DNA of 64,000 nt from Burkholderiales bacterium. Its GTDB lineage: Bacteria > Pseudomonadota > Gammaproteobacteria > Burkholderiales > SG8-39. Shown one piece after another: positions 27,237 to 36,368 of this stretch (within the stretch, counting starts at the first letter, position 1; each line of letters opens with the position of its first letter). A program made the translations under genes and the position numbers. The stretch spans positions 3,687 to 67,686 of the forward strand of contig DASRFM010000055.1 in assembly GCA_035651575.1 (NCBI GenBank). Reading direction: 5' to 3'. Under the pieces are notes generated by a model. That model made no database searches. It saw only the letters and a list, made by a program, of their open reading frames with translations, and was not told where the DNA came from.

Positions 27237-28537
27237 GCCGCCCAGGCCGCCTTGCTGCGGCGCGCCGCTTCGCATTCCTTCCAGTATTCGTCCATCCGGC
27301 CGGTCGGGCCGATGCCGTCGATCGCCGGCGGGCCTTTCAGGCCCTTGGCGGTCTCGGAATCGAGCACCATGAGCGGCGTCTCGCCCGCCTCGTTCTTCCG
27401 GATGGCGTCGAGCAGCAGCCGGCGGTAGAGCACGATGCCCTTGTCCGTCGTGCCGAGGTTCTCGCGCGTGCGGTCGGCGATGCGGCCCTGCGACTCGCAG
27501 GCCCACTGGTCGTGGATGTTGATGTCGAAGCCCATGCCGGTGAAGGTCTTCGATTTCTGCTCGTCGGCGCTGAATCCCCAGGAATTCTCCCTGGAAAAAA
27601 CCGGCTTGTAGTCGGGCGCGGGATAGGTCTTCAGGCGCTGCGCGCGCATCGTCGCCTTGTCCACCGGGGCGCCGAAGCTCGTGAAGATCGAATACCAGTA
27701 GCAGCCGGTGTCGTCGACCGGCACGTGCCACTGCGAGATGGTCATCTCCGCGTTCATCGGGATGACGAAGGCCTGCGGGAAGAGCACGTTCGTCACGCGG
27801 ATGTGCGTGTGCGCGTCGCTGATGCGCCGGAGCGTCTGCAGGCGCATGCCGTACTCGGTGCGCTCGACGCGGATCTCGGGCCGGTCGAATTCGCGCAGCA
27901 CCTTGCTGATGGGCATGTCCGAGTCCGACGGCGTGCCGCGGAACTGGCGGCCGTAGCTCGCCGCCGGGTCCTCGTCCTCGAAGAACTTGTGGAGCCACGA
28001 GGCGTGCGCGGGGTCGATGCCGACTTCCAGCGCCTGCAGCCAGTTGCAGTCCCAGTAGCCCTTGAAGGCGAACGTGTAGGCGTCCGGGGCGACGAAGCAG
28101 TCGAAGCGCGGGAACGCGGGCGGCGCGCCGGCGCCGAGATAGGCGAAGAGGATCCCGCTTTTCTCGACCACCGGATAGGCGATGGTCCTGATGTGCTCGC
28201 AGAGCCGGCTGCCGGACGGCTCTGCCGGCGTGTCGATGCATTTGCCGCCGGCGCCGAACTTCCAGCCGTGGAACGAGCAGCGCAGGCCGTCGGGCTCGGG
28301 CCGCCCATAGGCGAGGTCGGCGCCCCGGTGCGGGCACTGGCGCTGCATCAGGCCGTAACCCGCATTCGTTTTGAACAAAACCAGATCTTCGCCGAGAAGC
28401 CGCACGGCCTTCACCGGCCGCTCGCCCTGCATCTCGTCCGCGAGCGCGACCGGCTGCCAGTAGTTGCGCAGCAGCTTGCCGGCCGCGCTGCCGGGGCCGA
28501 CGCGCGTCATCAGCTCGTTCTGCTCGGCGCTTATCAT
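27233..28537 (-). CDS. Rieske [2Fe-2S] aromatic-ring-hydroxylating oxygenase, alpha-subunit type (no beta subunit adjacent)
   Basis: 434-aa ORF. Rieske motif CPHRGADL...CSFHGWKF. Mononuclear iron region DPAHASWLH. Its stop overlaps the GS-like ATG (ATGA at 27233-27236). Confidence 0.9.
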   Translation of the reverse strand: MISAEQNELMTRVGPGSAAGKLLRNYWQPVALADEMQGERPVKAVRLLGEDLVLFKTNAGYGLMQRQCPHRGADLAYGRPEPDGLRCSFHGWKFGAGGKCIDTPAEPSGSRLCEHIRTIAYPVVEKSGILFAYLGAGAPPAFPRFDCFVAPDAYTFAFKGYWDCNWLQALEVGIDPAHASWLHKFFEDEDPAASYGRQFRGTPSDSDMPISKVLREFDRPEIRVERTEYGMRLQTLRRISDAHTHIRVTNVLFPQAFVIPMNAEMTISQWHVPVDDTGCYWYSIFTSFGAPVDKATMRAQRLKTYPAPDYKPVFSRENSWGFSADEQKSKTFTGMGFDINIHDQWACESQGRIADRTRENLGTTDKGIVLYRRLLLDAIRKNEAGETPLMVLDSETAKGLKGPPAIDGIGPTGRMDEYWKECEAARRSKAAWAA

Positions 28538-28632
28538 GAGCCGATCTTATACGAGACCGTAAATTTTTTTCATCTGACAGTCGCGCCGCGCTCGACTAAC
28601 CTTTCGCGAACCGAACAGCGAGGAGCCGGCGC

Positions 28633-29112
28633 ATGGCCTCCGCGAAGTACCCCGTGTCTCTGACTGCCGAGGACGCTCCCGTCCGGAGCCGGCCGACCAA
28701 CTATCCGGAACCGTTCGCATCGCGCATGGCCGGCCGGCGCAAGCAGCCGCTCGGCGATCTCTTCGGCCTGAGCAACTTCGGCGTCAACCGCACCACGCTG
28801 GCGCCGGGTGCCTCATCGGCGCTGCGCCATGCGCACAGCAGGCAGGACGAATTCGTCTACGTGCTGCAGGGCCATCCCACGCTGCATACGGACGAGGGCC
28901 GCACGCGCCTGTCGCCCGGCATGTGCGCAGGCTTCAAGGCCGGCACGGGGAACGGCCACCGCCTCGTCAACGAGACGGCGCAGGACGTGGTGATCCTCGA
29001 GGTGGGCGACCGCACGCCGGGGGACGAAGGAAGCTATCCGGACGACGACATCAAGGCGGCTCTCGTCGACGGGAAATGGGTGTTTCAACACAAGGACGGC
29101 ACGCCTTACTGA
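28633..29112 (+). CDS. Cupin-domain protein
   Basis: 159-aa ORF. Cupin motifs LRHAHSRQDEFVYVLQGHPTL and GNGHRLVNE. Confidence 0.75.
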   Translation: MASAKYPVSLTAEDAPVRSRPTNYPEPFASRMAGRRKQPLGDLFGLSNFGVNRTTLAPGASSALRHAHSRQDEFVYVLQGHPTLHTDEGRTRLSPGMCAGFKAGTGNGHRLVNETAQDVVILEVGDRTPGDEGSYPDDDIKAALVDGKWVFQHKDGTPY

Positions 29113-29115
29113 GGC

Positions 29116-30000
29116 TTGGCTTATGCTCGCCGTGTGAGCGAGCGCGTCCAGTTTTCCTCGGCCGGCCTGCGGCTGAGCGGAATCCTCGAGCTGCCCGATG
29201 GGATGCGAGCGGGCGAGCGGCGGCCGGCGTTCCTCGTCCTGCACGGCTTCGGCAGCAACAAGGACAGCGGCACGATGCAGACCGCCGCGGCGCTTTTCCG
29301 CTCGCTCGGCTACGTCGCGCTGCGCTTCGACATGCGCGGCTGCGGCGAGAGCGAGGGCGAGCGCGGCCGCGTCATCTGCCTGGAGCAGGTGGAGGACACG
29401 CGCGCCGCCGCGACTTTTCTCGAGGGCCGCGCCGAAGTCGATCCGCGCCGCATCGCGGTCTTCGGGCACAGCTTCGGCGCCGCCGTGGCCGTCTATGCGG
29501 CGGGCGTCGACCCGCGCATCGCGGCCTGCATCTCCTCGGGCGGCTGGGGCGACGGCGAGAAGAAATTCCGCCGCCAGCACGAATCGCCCGAGGCGTGGGC
29601 GCGCTTTTCCGGAATGCTCGAGCGGGGACGCGAGATGCGGAAGAAAGGCGGCTCGATGAAGGTGCCGCGCTTCGAGATCGTGCCGGTGCGCCCGGAGCTG
29701 CGCGCGAACCTCGCGCCCGGCTCGATCCTCGAATTTCCCTTCGAGGTGGTCGAGAGCATGCTGGCGTTCAAGGCGAACGAGGTCGTCGGCCGGATTGCGC
29801 CGCGGCCGCTGCTTCTCCTGCATCCGGCGGACGACAGCGTCACGCCGACCGAGCAGTCCATCGATCTCTTCCTGCACGCCGGCCAGCCGGCCGATCTGCA
29901 TCTCGTCGCCGGCGTGGATCACTTCCTCTTCAGCGAGGGCAACACGCTGGTGCTCGACCTCGTGCGCGACTGGCTCGCGCAGCACTTTCGCGTCCGTTGA
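29116..30000 (+). CDS. Alpha/beta-fold hydrolase
   Basis: 294-aa ORF from a TTG start (alternative GTG at 29134). Oxyanion region FLVLHGFGSN, nucleophile elbow GHSFGA, C-terminal HLVAGVDHF. Confidence 0.8.
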   Translation: MAYARRVSERVQFSSAGLRLSGILELPDGMRAGERRPAFLVLHGFGSNKDSGTMQTAAALFRSLGYVALRFDMRGCGESEGERGRVICLEQVEDTRAAATFLEGRAEVDPRRIAVFGHSFGAAVAVYAAGVDPRIAACISSGGWGDGEKKFRRQHESPEAWARFSGMLERGREMRKKGGSMKVPRFEIVPVRPELRANLAPGSILEFPFEVVESMLAFKANEVVGRIAPRPLLLLHPADDSVTPTEQSIDLFLHAGQPADLHLVAGVDHFLFSEGNTLVLDLVRDWLAQHFRVR

Positions 30001-31016
30001 AGCCCGAGCGCCTGAAGAAGGCGGTCGCCGACATCTTCGGCGCGGCGGGGATGGCGCCCGCGCACGCGCAGGCGGTCGCCGAAGTGCTTGTCTGGGCGGA
30101 TCTGCGCGGCATGGGCAGCCACGGCGTCATGCGCGTGCCGCGCTACGTCGAGCTGCTGCGCAAGGGCGATCTCAACGCCCGTCCGGCGATGCGCACCGTG
30201 TCGGAGACGCTGGCCGCGGTCCTCTTCGATGCCGATCGAGCGCCCGGCCCGGTCGCCATGATCCACGCCGCCGACGCGGCCGCGGCAAAAGCGCGCCAAG
30301 CGGGCATCGGCCTCGCGCTCGCGCGAAACACCACGCACACGGCGGCGCTCGGGTACTACACGCAGCGCCTCGCGCGGGAAGGTTTCGCGGCGCTTGCGTT
30401 CGCCGCGTCATCGCCGAACATGGCCTACCACGGCGCGCGCTCCGCCGGAGTGTCCACCGCGCCCGTGTCGCTCGCCGTGCCGGGGCCCGGCGAGCCGCTC
30501 GCGCTCGACATGGCTTCGGGCGTCATTTCCCTCGGCAAGCTGATGCAGGCGCGCCGCGCAGGAACGCCGCTCGCGCCCGGCTCGGCGCTCGACCCGCAGG
30601 GCAATGAGACCACCGACCCGCGCGCCGCGGTGCTGCCGCTGCCGCTCGGCGGCCCCAAGGGCTCGGGACTCGCGCTGCTCGTCGAATGCCTGTGCAGCCT
30701 GCTCGCCGGCAATCCGATCCTCGCCGAGGCGCTGGAGGGCACGCCGAAGAGCCGGCGGCACTACCAGAACGGGCTGGTCGTCGCGATCGAGGTCGAGCGA
30801 TTCATTTCTGCCGCTACTTTCAAGGTTGAAGTACAAAGGCTGGCGGGGGCGATCAAGGCCCTTTCGCCGCAGCCCACCGCCGAGATCCTGCTGCCGGGCG
30901 AGCGGGGCGCGCGCAACGCAAGGGAGCGCCGCGACGGCATCGCGTTGCCGGCGCCGGTGCTGAAGGAGTTGTCGGAGCTCAGCGCGGGGCTGGGCGTCCA
31001 GTGGCCGGTCGAATAG
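29997..31016 (+). CDS. Ldh2-family oxidoreductase (second paralog)
   Basis: This is the C-terminal 339 aa of track ORF 28923..31016. The TTG at 29997 overlaps the hydrolase stop (TTGA). Blocks GMGSHGVMRVPRY, NTTHTAALGYY, GGPKGSGLALLVECL. Confidence 0.8.
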   Translation: MKPERLKKAVADIFGAAGMAPAHAQAVAEVLVWADLRGMGSHGVMRVPRYVELLRKGDLNARPAMRTVSETLAAVLFDADRAPGPVAMIHAADAAAAKARQAGIGLALARNTTHTAALGYYTQRLAREGFAALAFAASSPNMAYHGARSAGVSTAPVSLAVPGPGEPLALDMASGVISLGKLMQARRAGTPLAPGSALDPQGNETTDPRAAVLPLPLGGPKGSGLALLVECLCSLLAGNPILAEALEGTPKSRRHYQNGLVVAIEVERFISAATFKVEVQRLAGAIKALSPQPTAEILLPGERGARNARERRDGIALPAPVLKELSELSAGLGVQWPVE

Positions 31017-31024
31017 GAGGGAGC

Positions 31025-31984
31025 ATGCGCCGTGCATTGTGTGCAGCACTAGTCGCAGGTTGCTCGATCTTTGCGGGCGGCGCCGTTGGCAGCGGAAGCG
31101 ATTTCCGCGTCACGCTGCTCGGCACGGCATCGCCGTCGCCGCGGCCCGATCGCATGGGGCCGAGCACGCTGATCGAGGCGGGCAGCCAGAAGCTGCTCAT
31201 CGACGCGGGGCGCGGCGTGCCCGTGCGCCTCTGGCAGCTCCGCGTGCCGATGGGGCAGATCAACGCGCTCTTCATCACGCATTACCATTCCGACCACACC
31301 TCCGGCATTCCGGACGTCTGGCTGACCGGCTGGCTCTCGCCGCCGTTCGGCCAGCGCAAGGCGCCGTTCCACGTCATCGGTCCCGCCGGCGCGAAGGATC
31401 TGATGTCGAACCTGCAGCGCGCGTATGCGGCCGACGTGAAGATCCGCCTCGAGGACGAGAAGAATCCTGCCGAAGGGATCGCGGTGCAGGTGGACGAGTT
31501 CGCCGCCGACGGCGTGGTATACGAGAAGGACGGGGTGCGCGTCACGGCCTTCGAGGTCGACCACGGCGACGTGATCAAGCCCGCCTACGGATACCGCGTG
31601 GACTTCGACGGCCGCTCGGCGGTGATCTCCGGTGATACGCGCTACAACCCGAACGTGATCAAGTACGGCGCCGGAGCCGACCTGCTGATCCACGAGGTCG
31701 GTGCCGCGAGGCCGGAGCTCATGAAGATCCCGGCGGTGCAGCGCATCATCGCCCATCACACGACGCCGCGCGACGCCGGGCGGGTTTTCGAGCAGACGAA
31801 GCCGAAGCTCGCCGTGTACACGCACATCGTGCGCCTGAGCAACGCGACCATTCCGGAGCCGAGCCTCGCCGACCTGCTCGCCGAGACGCGCGAGACCTAT
31901 TCAGGCCCGCTCGTGTTCGGCGAGGACCTGATGACCTTCGACATCAGCGAGCGCGGCGTCGCCGTCTATCGCGGCGGGCCTTGA
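31025..31984 (+). CDS. MBL-fold metallo-hydrolase with an N-terminal signal peptide
   Basis: The ATG at 31025 is preceded by GGAGGGA. Sequence MRRALCAALVAGCSIFAGGAVG..., with metal motif ITHYHSDHTSG and a later DLLIHE block. Confidence 0.8.
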   Translation: MRRALCAALVAGCSIFAGGAVGSGSDFRVTLLGTASPSPRPDRMGPSTLIEAGSQKLLIDAGRGVPVRLWQLRVPMGQINALFITHYHSDHTSGIPDVWLTGWLSPPFGQRKAPFHVIGPAGAKDLMSNLQRAYAADVKIRLEDEKNPAEGIAVQVDEFAADGVVYEKDGVRVTAFEVDHGDVIKPAYGYRVDFDGRSAVISGDTRYNPNVIKYGAGADLLIHEVGAARPELMKIPAVQRIIAHHTTPRDAGRVFEQTKPKLAVYTHIVRLSNATIPEPSLADLLAETRETYSGPLVFGEDLMTFDISERGVAVYRGGP

Positions 31985-31991
31985 GGAGGAC

Positions 31992-33011
31992 CTAGGCCGG
32001 CTCTTCGCGGTAGAGCGCGAGCGCGCGCATCGCGGGGAGGTCGTTGAACGAGAACAGCACCGCTTCCTCGCTCCGCGAGGCGTTCGCGTGCGAATGCGCG
32101 CACCAGGACGGAATGGAGAAGATGTCCTTCTCCTCCCAGTCGAACGTCTGCCCGCCGACGCGCGAGCGGCCGCGGCCGCAGGCCACCTGGTAGACCACGC
32201 TGCCGGTGTGGCGGTGCGCCCGGGTCTCTTCTCCCGGCTTGAGGCGCTGCAGCTGCGCGCCGATGGTCGGCATGATCGGGCCGCCGGTGAGCGGATTCCT
32301 GTACTCCAGCACCACGCCGTCGAACGGCGATTCGGCGCCGCTTGCCTTCAGCTCCCGGTAGGCGGCGTCCCACGGGTAGTGGAAGACCGGCGAGTAGGGC
32401 TTCGCCCAGTTTTCGCGGGACAGCGGCGCCGGTTTCTGCACGATCTCGGGGTGCACCTCGTAGAAATTGGCGTCGAGGGAGTTCATGAGCGGGATGTCGA
32501 GGCCGTCCTGCCAGATGCACTGCGTGCCGCCGGCCTCGACGCCGTGGTCGTGCCAGGTGCCGTTCGGCGTCAGGACGAGGTCGCGCGGCCCGAGCATGAG
32601 GCGCTCGCCGTCCACGACGGTGTAGGCGCCGCGCCCGTCCATGATGAAGCGCAGCGCGGACGCCTGATGGCGGTGCGCCGAGGTGAACTCGCCGGGATTC
32701 ATCACCTGCACGCCGGTATAAAGGAGGCCCGCCGCGGCGCTCCATTCCTTGCGGCCGGGGTTGACGAGCATGACGACGCGGCGCGCGGCCTTCTCGGCCG
32801 ACACGAGGCTGGCCGCTTTCCTGACGTGGGATTCGATCCTCTTCCACGGCCAGTGCATGGGCACCGACTTCGGCTGCGGATGCCAGGGCTCGATCTCGTT
32901 CGCGACCGTCCACAGCGCGCCGAGCGCCTCGCGCTCGAGCGAGCGGTAGTACGCCTCGAGTTCCGGCGTGTCCTCGACGTTGGCCCGGCCGACGACGTTC
33001 TCGCGCTTCAC
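31992..33011 (-). CDS. Gentisate 1,2-dioxygenase-like bicupin dioxygenase
   Basis: 339-aa ORF with two cupin modules (GEFTSAHRHQASALRFIMDGRGAYTVVDGE and GEETRAHRHTGSVVYQVACGRG). The N-terminal LEAYYRSLERE...LW block is typical of gentisate dioxygenases. Confidence 0.8.
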   Translation of the reverse strand: MKRENVVGRANVEDTPELEAYYRSLEREALGALWTVANEIEPWHPQPKSVPMHWPWKRIESHVRKAASLVSAEKAARRVVMLVNPGRKEWSAAAGLLYTGVQVMNPGEFTSAHRHQASALRFIMDGRGAYTVVDGERLMLGPRDLVLTPNGTWHDHGVEAGGTQCIWQDGLDIPLMNSLDANFYEVHPEIVQKPAPLSRENWAKPYSPVFHYPWDAAYRELKASGAESPFDGVVLEYRNPLTGGPIMPTIGAQLQRLKPGEETRAHRHTGSVVYQVACGRGRSRVGGQTFDWEEKDIFSIPSWCAHSHANASRSEEAVLFSFNDLPAMRALALYREEPA

Positions 33012-33020
33012 GCGCCTAGT

Positions 33021-33722
33021 TTAGACCCCGAGATGGCGATGCTGCACGCCGGGATTTGCCTCCAGCTCCGCGGAGGTGCCGCTCCACACGACGCGGCCTT
33101 TCTCCAGGACGTAGTGGCGGTCGGCGATGCGGGCGAGGGCCCTGACGTCCTTGTCGATGAGCAGGATGGCGAGCCCGGACTGCTTGAGGCGCAGGATGGA
33201 GCCGTAGATCTCCACGCGGATCAGCGGCGCCAGGCCTTCGGTCGCCTCGTCGAGGATCAGCAGGCGCGGGTTGGTCATGAGGGCGCGGCCGATGGCGAGC
33301 ATCTGCTGCTCGCCGCCCGAGAGCTCGTTGCCGTAGTTCGAATGGCGCGCGCGCAGGTGCGGGAAGAAGGCATAGACCTTGTCGAGCGTCCACGGCTCGC
33401 TCGCGCCCGAGCGGTTCGCGGCCGTCGCGACGAGGTTCTCCTTCACCGTGAGGTTGGGGAAGACCTGGCGGCCCTCCGGCACGAGGCCGACGCCGACCTG
33501 TGCGATGCGATAGGAAGGAAGCCTTTCCAAGGAAGTGCCCTCGAACGAAATCGAGCCGGCCCCCGGCCGCACGATGCCCATGATGGCGCGCACGGTCGTC
33601 GTCTTGCCCATGCCGTTGCGCCCGAGCAGCGTCACCACCTCGCCGCCGCGGATGTCGAGCGAAACGCCGAACAGCACCTGGCTCCGTCCGTACGCCGCCT
33701 CGAGGCCGCGGATCTCGAGCAT
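33021..33722 (-). CDS. livF: Branched-chain amino acid-type ABC transporter ATP-binding protein (LivF-like)
   Basis: 233-aa ORF. Walker A GRNGMGKTT, signature LSGGEQQML, Walker B LLILDE. Confidence 0.9.
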   Translation of the reverse strand: MLEIRGLEAAYGRSQVLFGVSLDIRGGEVVTLLGRNGMGKTTTVRAIMGIVRPGAGSISFEGTSLERLPSYRIAQVGVGLVPEGRQVFPNLTVKENLVATAANRSGASEPWTLDKVYAFFPHLRARHSNYGNELSGGEQQMLAIGRALMTNPRLLILDEATEGLAPLIRVEIYGSILRLKQSGLAILLIDKDVRALARIADRHYVLEKGRVVWSGTSAELEANPGVQHRHLGV

Positions 33723-34459
33723 CAGGCGTCCTCGCCGAGGTAGGCGCGGCGCACTTCGTCGTTTGCGCGGATGCGCTCGGGCGTGTCCGTCGCGATGATG
33801 CGCCCGTACACGAGCACCGAGATGCGGTCGGCGAGGCGGAACACGGCGTCCATGTCGTGCTCGACCAGCACGATGGTCTGCTTGCGCTTGAGCCGCGACA
33901 GCAGCTCGATCATGCGCTGCGACTCCTCGGCGCCCATCCCCGCCATCGGCTCGTCGAGCAGCATCAGGCGCGGGCGGGTGGCGAGGACCATCGCCACCTC
34001 GAGCTGGCGCTGCTCGCCGTGCGAAAGGTTGGCCGCAAGGACGTTCTTGCGATTCGCGAGACCGATCTCATCGAGGAAGTGCGCCGCCGGCCCGGTGAGC
34101 GCGCTGTCTGAAGAAGCAGCGCTCCAAAAACGGAAGCTGTGGCCACTGCCTGCCTGTACCGCGAGGGCGACGTTCTGCAGCGCGGTGAAGTCGGCGTAGA
34201 TGCTCGTGATCTGGAAGGAGCGCGCCAGGCCCTTGCGGGCGCGCTTCGGCGCGGGCAGCGCGGTCACGTCCTCGCCGGCGAAGCGGATGCTGCCGGCGTC
34301 CGGTCGCAGCGTCCCGGCAAGCTGCCCGATGAAGGTCGTCTTGCCGGCGCCGTTCGGGCCGATGATGGCGTGCGTTTCGCCTTCGCGCACCTCGAGGTCG
34401 ACGCCGTCGGTCGCGCGCAGCGCGCCGAAGCTTTTCACCAGGGCGCGGACCTCAAGCAT
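33722..34459 (-). CDS. livG: Branched-chain amino acid-type ABC transporter ATP-binding protein (LivG-like)
   Basis: 245-aa ORF. Walker A GPNGAGKTT, signature LSHGEQRQLE, Walker B LMLLDEP. Confidence 0.9.
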   Translation of the reverse strand: MLEVRALVKSFGALRATDGVDLEVREGETHAIIGPNGAGKTTFIGQLAGTLRPDAGSIRFAGEDVTALPAPKRARKGLARSFQITSIYADFTALQNVALAVQAGSGHSFRFWSAASSDSALTGPAAHFLDEIGLANRKNVLAANLSHGEQRQLEVAMVLATRPRLMLLDEPMAGMGAEESQRMIELLSRLKRKQTIVLVEHDMDAVFRLADRISVLVYGRIIATDTPERIRANDEVRRAYLGEDA

Positions 34460-35390
34460 CGGGCTTGTCGAGGAGGCCGGCGAGGCCGCGCTTGAAGAAG
34501 ATCACCGAGACGACGAGCAGCGGGCCGAGGATCACCTGCCAGTGGTCGGTCCAGCCTTTCAGCACTTCCTCGATGAGGATGAGCGCGAAGGCGCCGAGCA
34601 GCGGCCCCGCGGTCGAGCCCATGCCGCCGAGGATCACCATGAACATGAGGTCGCCGGACTGCACCCAGCTCATGAAGTCGGGGCTGATGTAGCGGGTGTG
34701 GTTCGCATAGAGCGCGCCGGCGAGCCCGCAGATCGCTCCCGCGATCACGAACGCGGCCAGGCGATAGGGGTAGGGCGAGAAGCCGATCGCGCGCGTGCGG
34801 GCGTCGTTCGATTTCGCCGCGCGCAGGACCAGCCCGAAACGCGAGTGCACGATCCGATGGATCGTGAAAAGGCTCAGGAGCAGGACGCCGAGCACGAGGT
34901 AGTAGAACGCGAGGCCGTTGCCGAGATCCACCAGGCCGGAGAAGCCGCTCGGCGTGCGCAGCCGCAGCCCGTCGTCGCCGCCGTACATGTCGAGCGATAC
35001 GGCGAGGTAGTAGAGCATCTGCGTGAACGCGAGCGTGATCATGATGAAGTACACGCCGCTCGTGCGGATCGAGATGGCGCCGATCGCCGCGGCCACGAGC
35101 GCGGAGGCGGCGATCGCCACCGGCCATTGCACCCAGCCCAGCGTGATGCCGTGGAAGGCGAGGATGCCGACCGCGTAGCCGCCGAGCCCCAGGTAGGCGG
35201 CGTGGCCGAAGGACACCAGGCCGCCGTAGCCGAGGATGAGGTTCAGGCTGGCGGCGGCGATGGCGAGGATCATCGCGCGGCGCACGAGGTCCACGTAGAA
35301 CGCCTGGTTCAGCGCGATCGCCGCCTGCGGCAGCGCGAGCAGAACCACGAAAACGATCCCCCAGAAGGCCAGGGCGCGCCGGGAGACCAT
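34452..35390 (-). CDS. livM: Branched-chain amino acid-type ABC transporter permease (LivM-like)
   Basis: This is the C-terminal 312 aa of track ORF 34452..36143, from ATG 35390, which shares 1 nt with the livH stop. It is hydrophobic, with the LNLILGYGGLVSFGHAAY motif. Confidence 0.85.
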   Translation of the reverse strand: MVSRRALAFWGIVFVVLLALPQAAIALNQAFYVDLVRRAMILAIAAASLNLILGYGGLVSFGHAAYLGLGGYAVGILAFHGITLGWVQWPVAIAASALVAAAIGAISIRTSGVYFIMITLAFTQMLYYLAVSLDMYGGDDGLRLRTPSGFSGLVDLGNGLAFYYLVLGVLLLSLFTIHRIVHSRFGLVLRAAKSNDARTRAIGFSPYPYRLAAFVIAGAICGLAGALYANHTRYISPDFMSWVQSGDLMFMVILGGMGSTAGPLLGAFALILIEEVLKGWTDHWQVILGPLLVVSVIFFKRGLAGLLDKPDA

Positions 35391-36313
35391 CAGGCGTTCC
35401 GCGCCGAGAACAGGCCCGCCGGGCGCAGCGCGAGCACGACGGCCATCAGCAGGTACACGAGCATGGAGGCGAGCGCGGGCCCGGCCGTCTCCGCCGCGGG
35501 TCGCGAGAGGAAGAGGGCGAGGAGCGGCTTCAGGAACGCGCGCCCCAGCGTGTCGACGGTGCCGACGATGAGCGCGCCGACGAACGCGCCGCGGATGGAG
35601 CCGATGCCGCCGATCACGATGACGACGAACACCTGGATCAGGATGAGCTCGCCCATGCCCGGCTGCACCGTGTAGATGGGCCCCGCCATGAGCCCGGCGA
35701 GCCCGGCGAGCGCGGCGCCGAAGCCGAAAACCACGGTGTAGAGCAGGCGGATGTTCACGCCGAGCGCGGAGACCATGGTGCGGTTCGAGGCGCCGGCGCG
35801 GATCAGCATGCCGAGCCGCGTGCGCGTGACCACGTACCAGAGCAGGACGCCCACCGCGAGGCCGACGGCGATGACCGCGGCGCGATAGACCGGGTAGTGC
35901 CAGCCGGGAAGGAGCTGCACGCTGCCCTGCAGCCACGACGGCAGGCTGGAGAAAAGCGCGGTGCGGCCCCAGATCATCGCCGTCGCCTCGTTGAAGAAGA
36001 GGATCAGGCCGAAGGTGGCGAGCACCTGGTCGAGGTGGTCGCGGTCGTAGAGCGTGCGCAGCGCCACCACTTCCATCAGCATGCCGACGAGCAGCGTCCC
36101 GGCGAGCCCGCCGAGCACGCCGAGCGCGTAGGAGCCGCTCCATTGCGTCGCCGCGATCGCGAGGTAGGCGCCCACCATGTAGAGCGAGCCGTGCGCCAGG
36201 TTCACCATGTTCATGATGCCGAGCACGAGCGTGAGGCCGGCGGCGAGCAGGAACAGCATGACGCCCAGCTGGACGCCGTTCAGCAGTTGCTCGAGGACAA
36301 GCGATACGGTCAT
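35390..36313 (-). CDS. livH: Branched-chain amino acid-type ABC transporter permease (LivH-like)
   Basis: 307-aa ORF MTVSLVLEQLLNGVQLGVMLFLLAAGLTLVLGIMNMVNLAHGSLYMVGAY... Confidence 0.9.
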   Translation of the reverse strand: MTVSLVLEQLLNGVQLGVMLFLLAAGLTLVLGIMNMVNLAHGSLYMVGAYLAIAATQWSGSYALGVLGGLAGTLLVGMLMEVVALRTLYDRDHLDQVLATFGLILFFNEATAMIWGRTALFSSLPSWLQGSVQLLPGWHYPVYRAAVIAVGLAVGVLLWYVVTRTRLGMLIRAGASNRTMVSALGVNIRLLYTVVFGFGAALAGLAGLMAGPIYTVQPGMGELILIQVFVVIVIGGIGSIRGAFVGALIVGTVDTLGRAFLKPLLALFLSRPAAETAGPALASMLVYLLMAVVLALRPAGLFSARNA

Positions 36314-36314
36314 G

Positions 36315-36348
36315 AAAAAGAAAGGGCGCGGTCAGCCCGCGCCCTTTT
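36315..36348 (-). terminator. Intercistronic hairpin/attenuator between the binding-protein gene and the permease genes
   Basis: On the minus strand, stem GGGCGCGG (36344-36337), a 5-nt loop, stem CCGCGCCC (36331-36324), then TTTCTTTTT. It lies in the 55-nt gap between the 36369 stop and the livH start. Confidence 0.45.
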
Positions 36349-36368
36349 CGTTCTGCGGGCGGCGCCCG

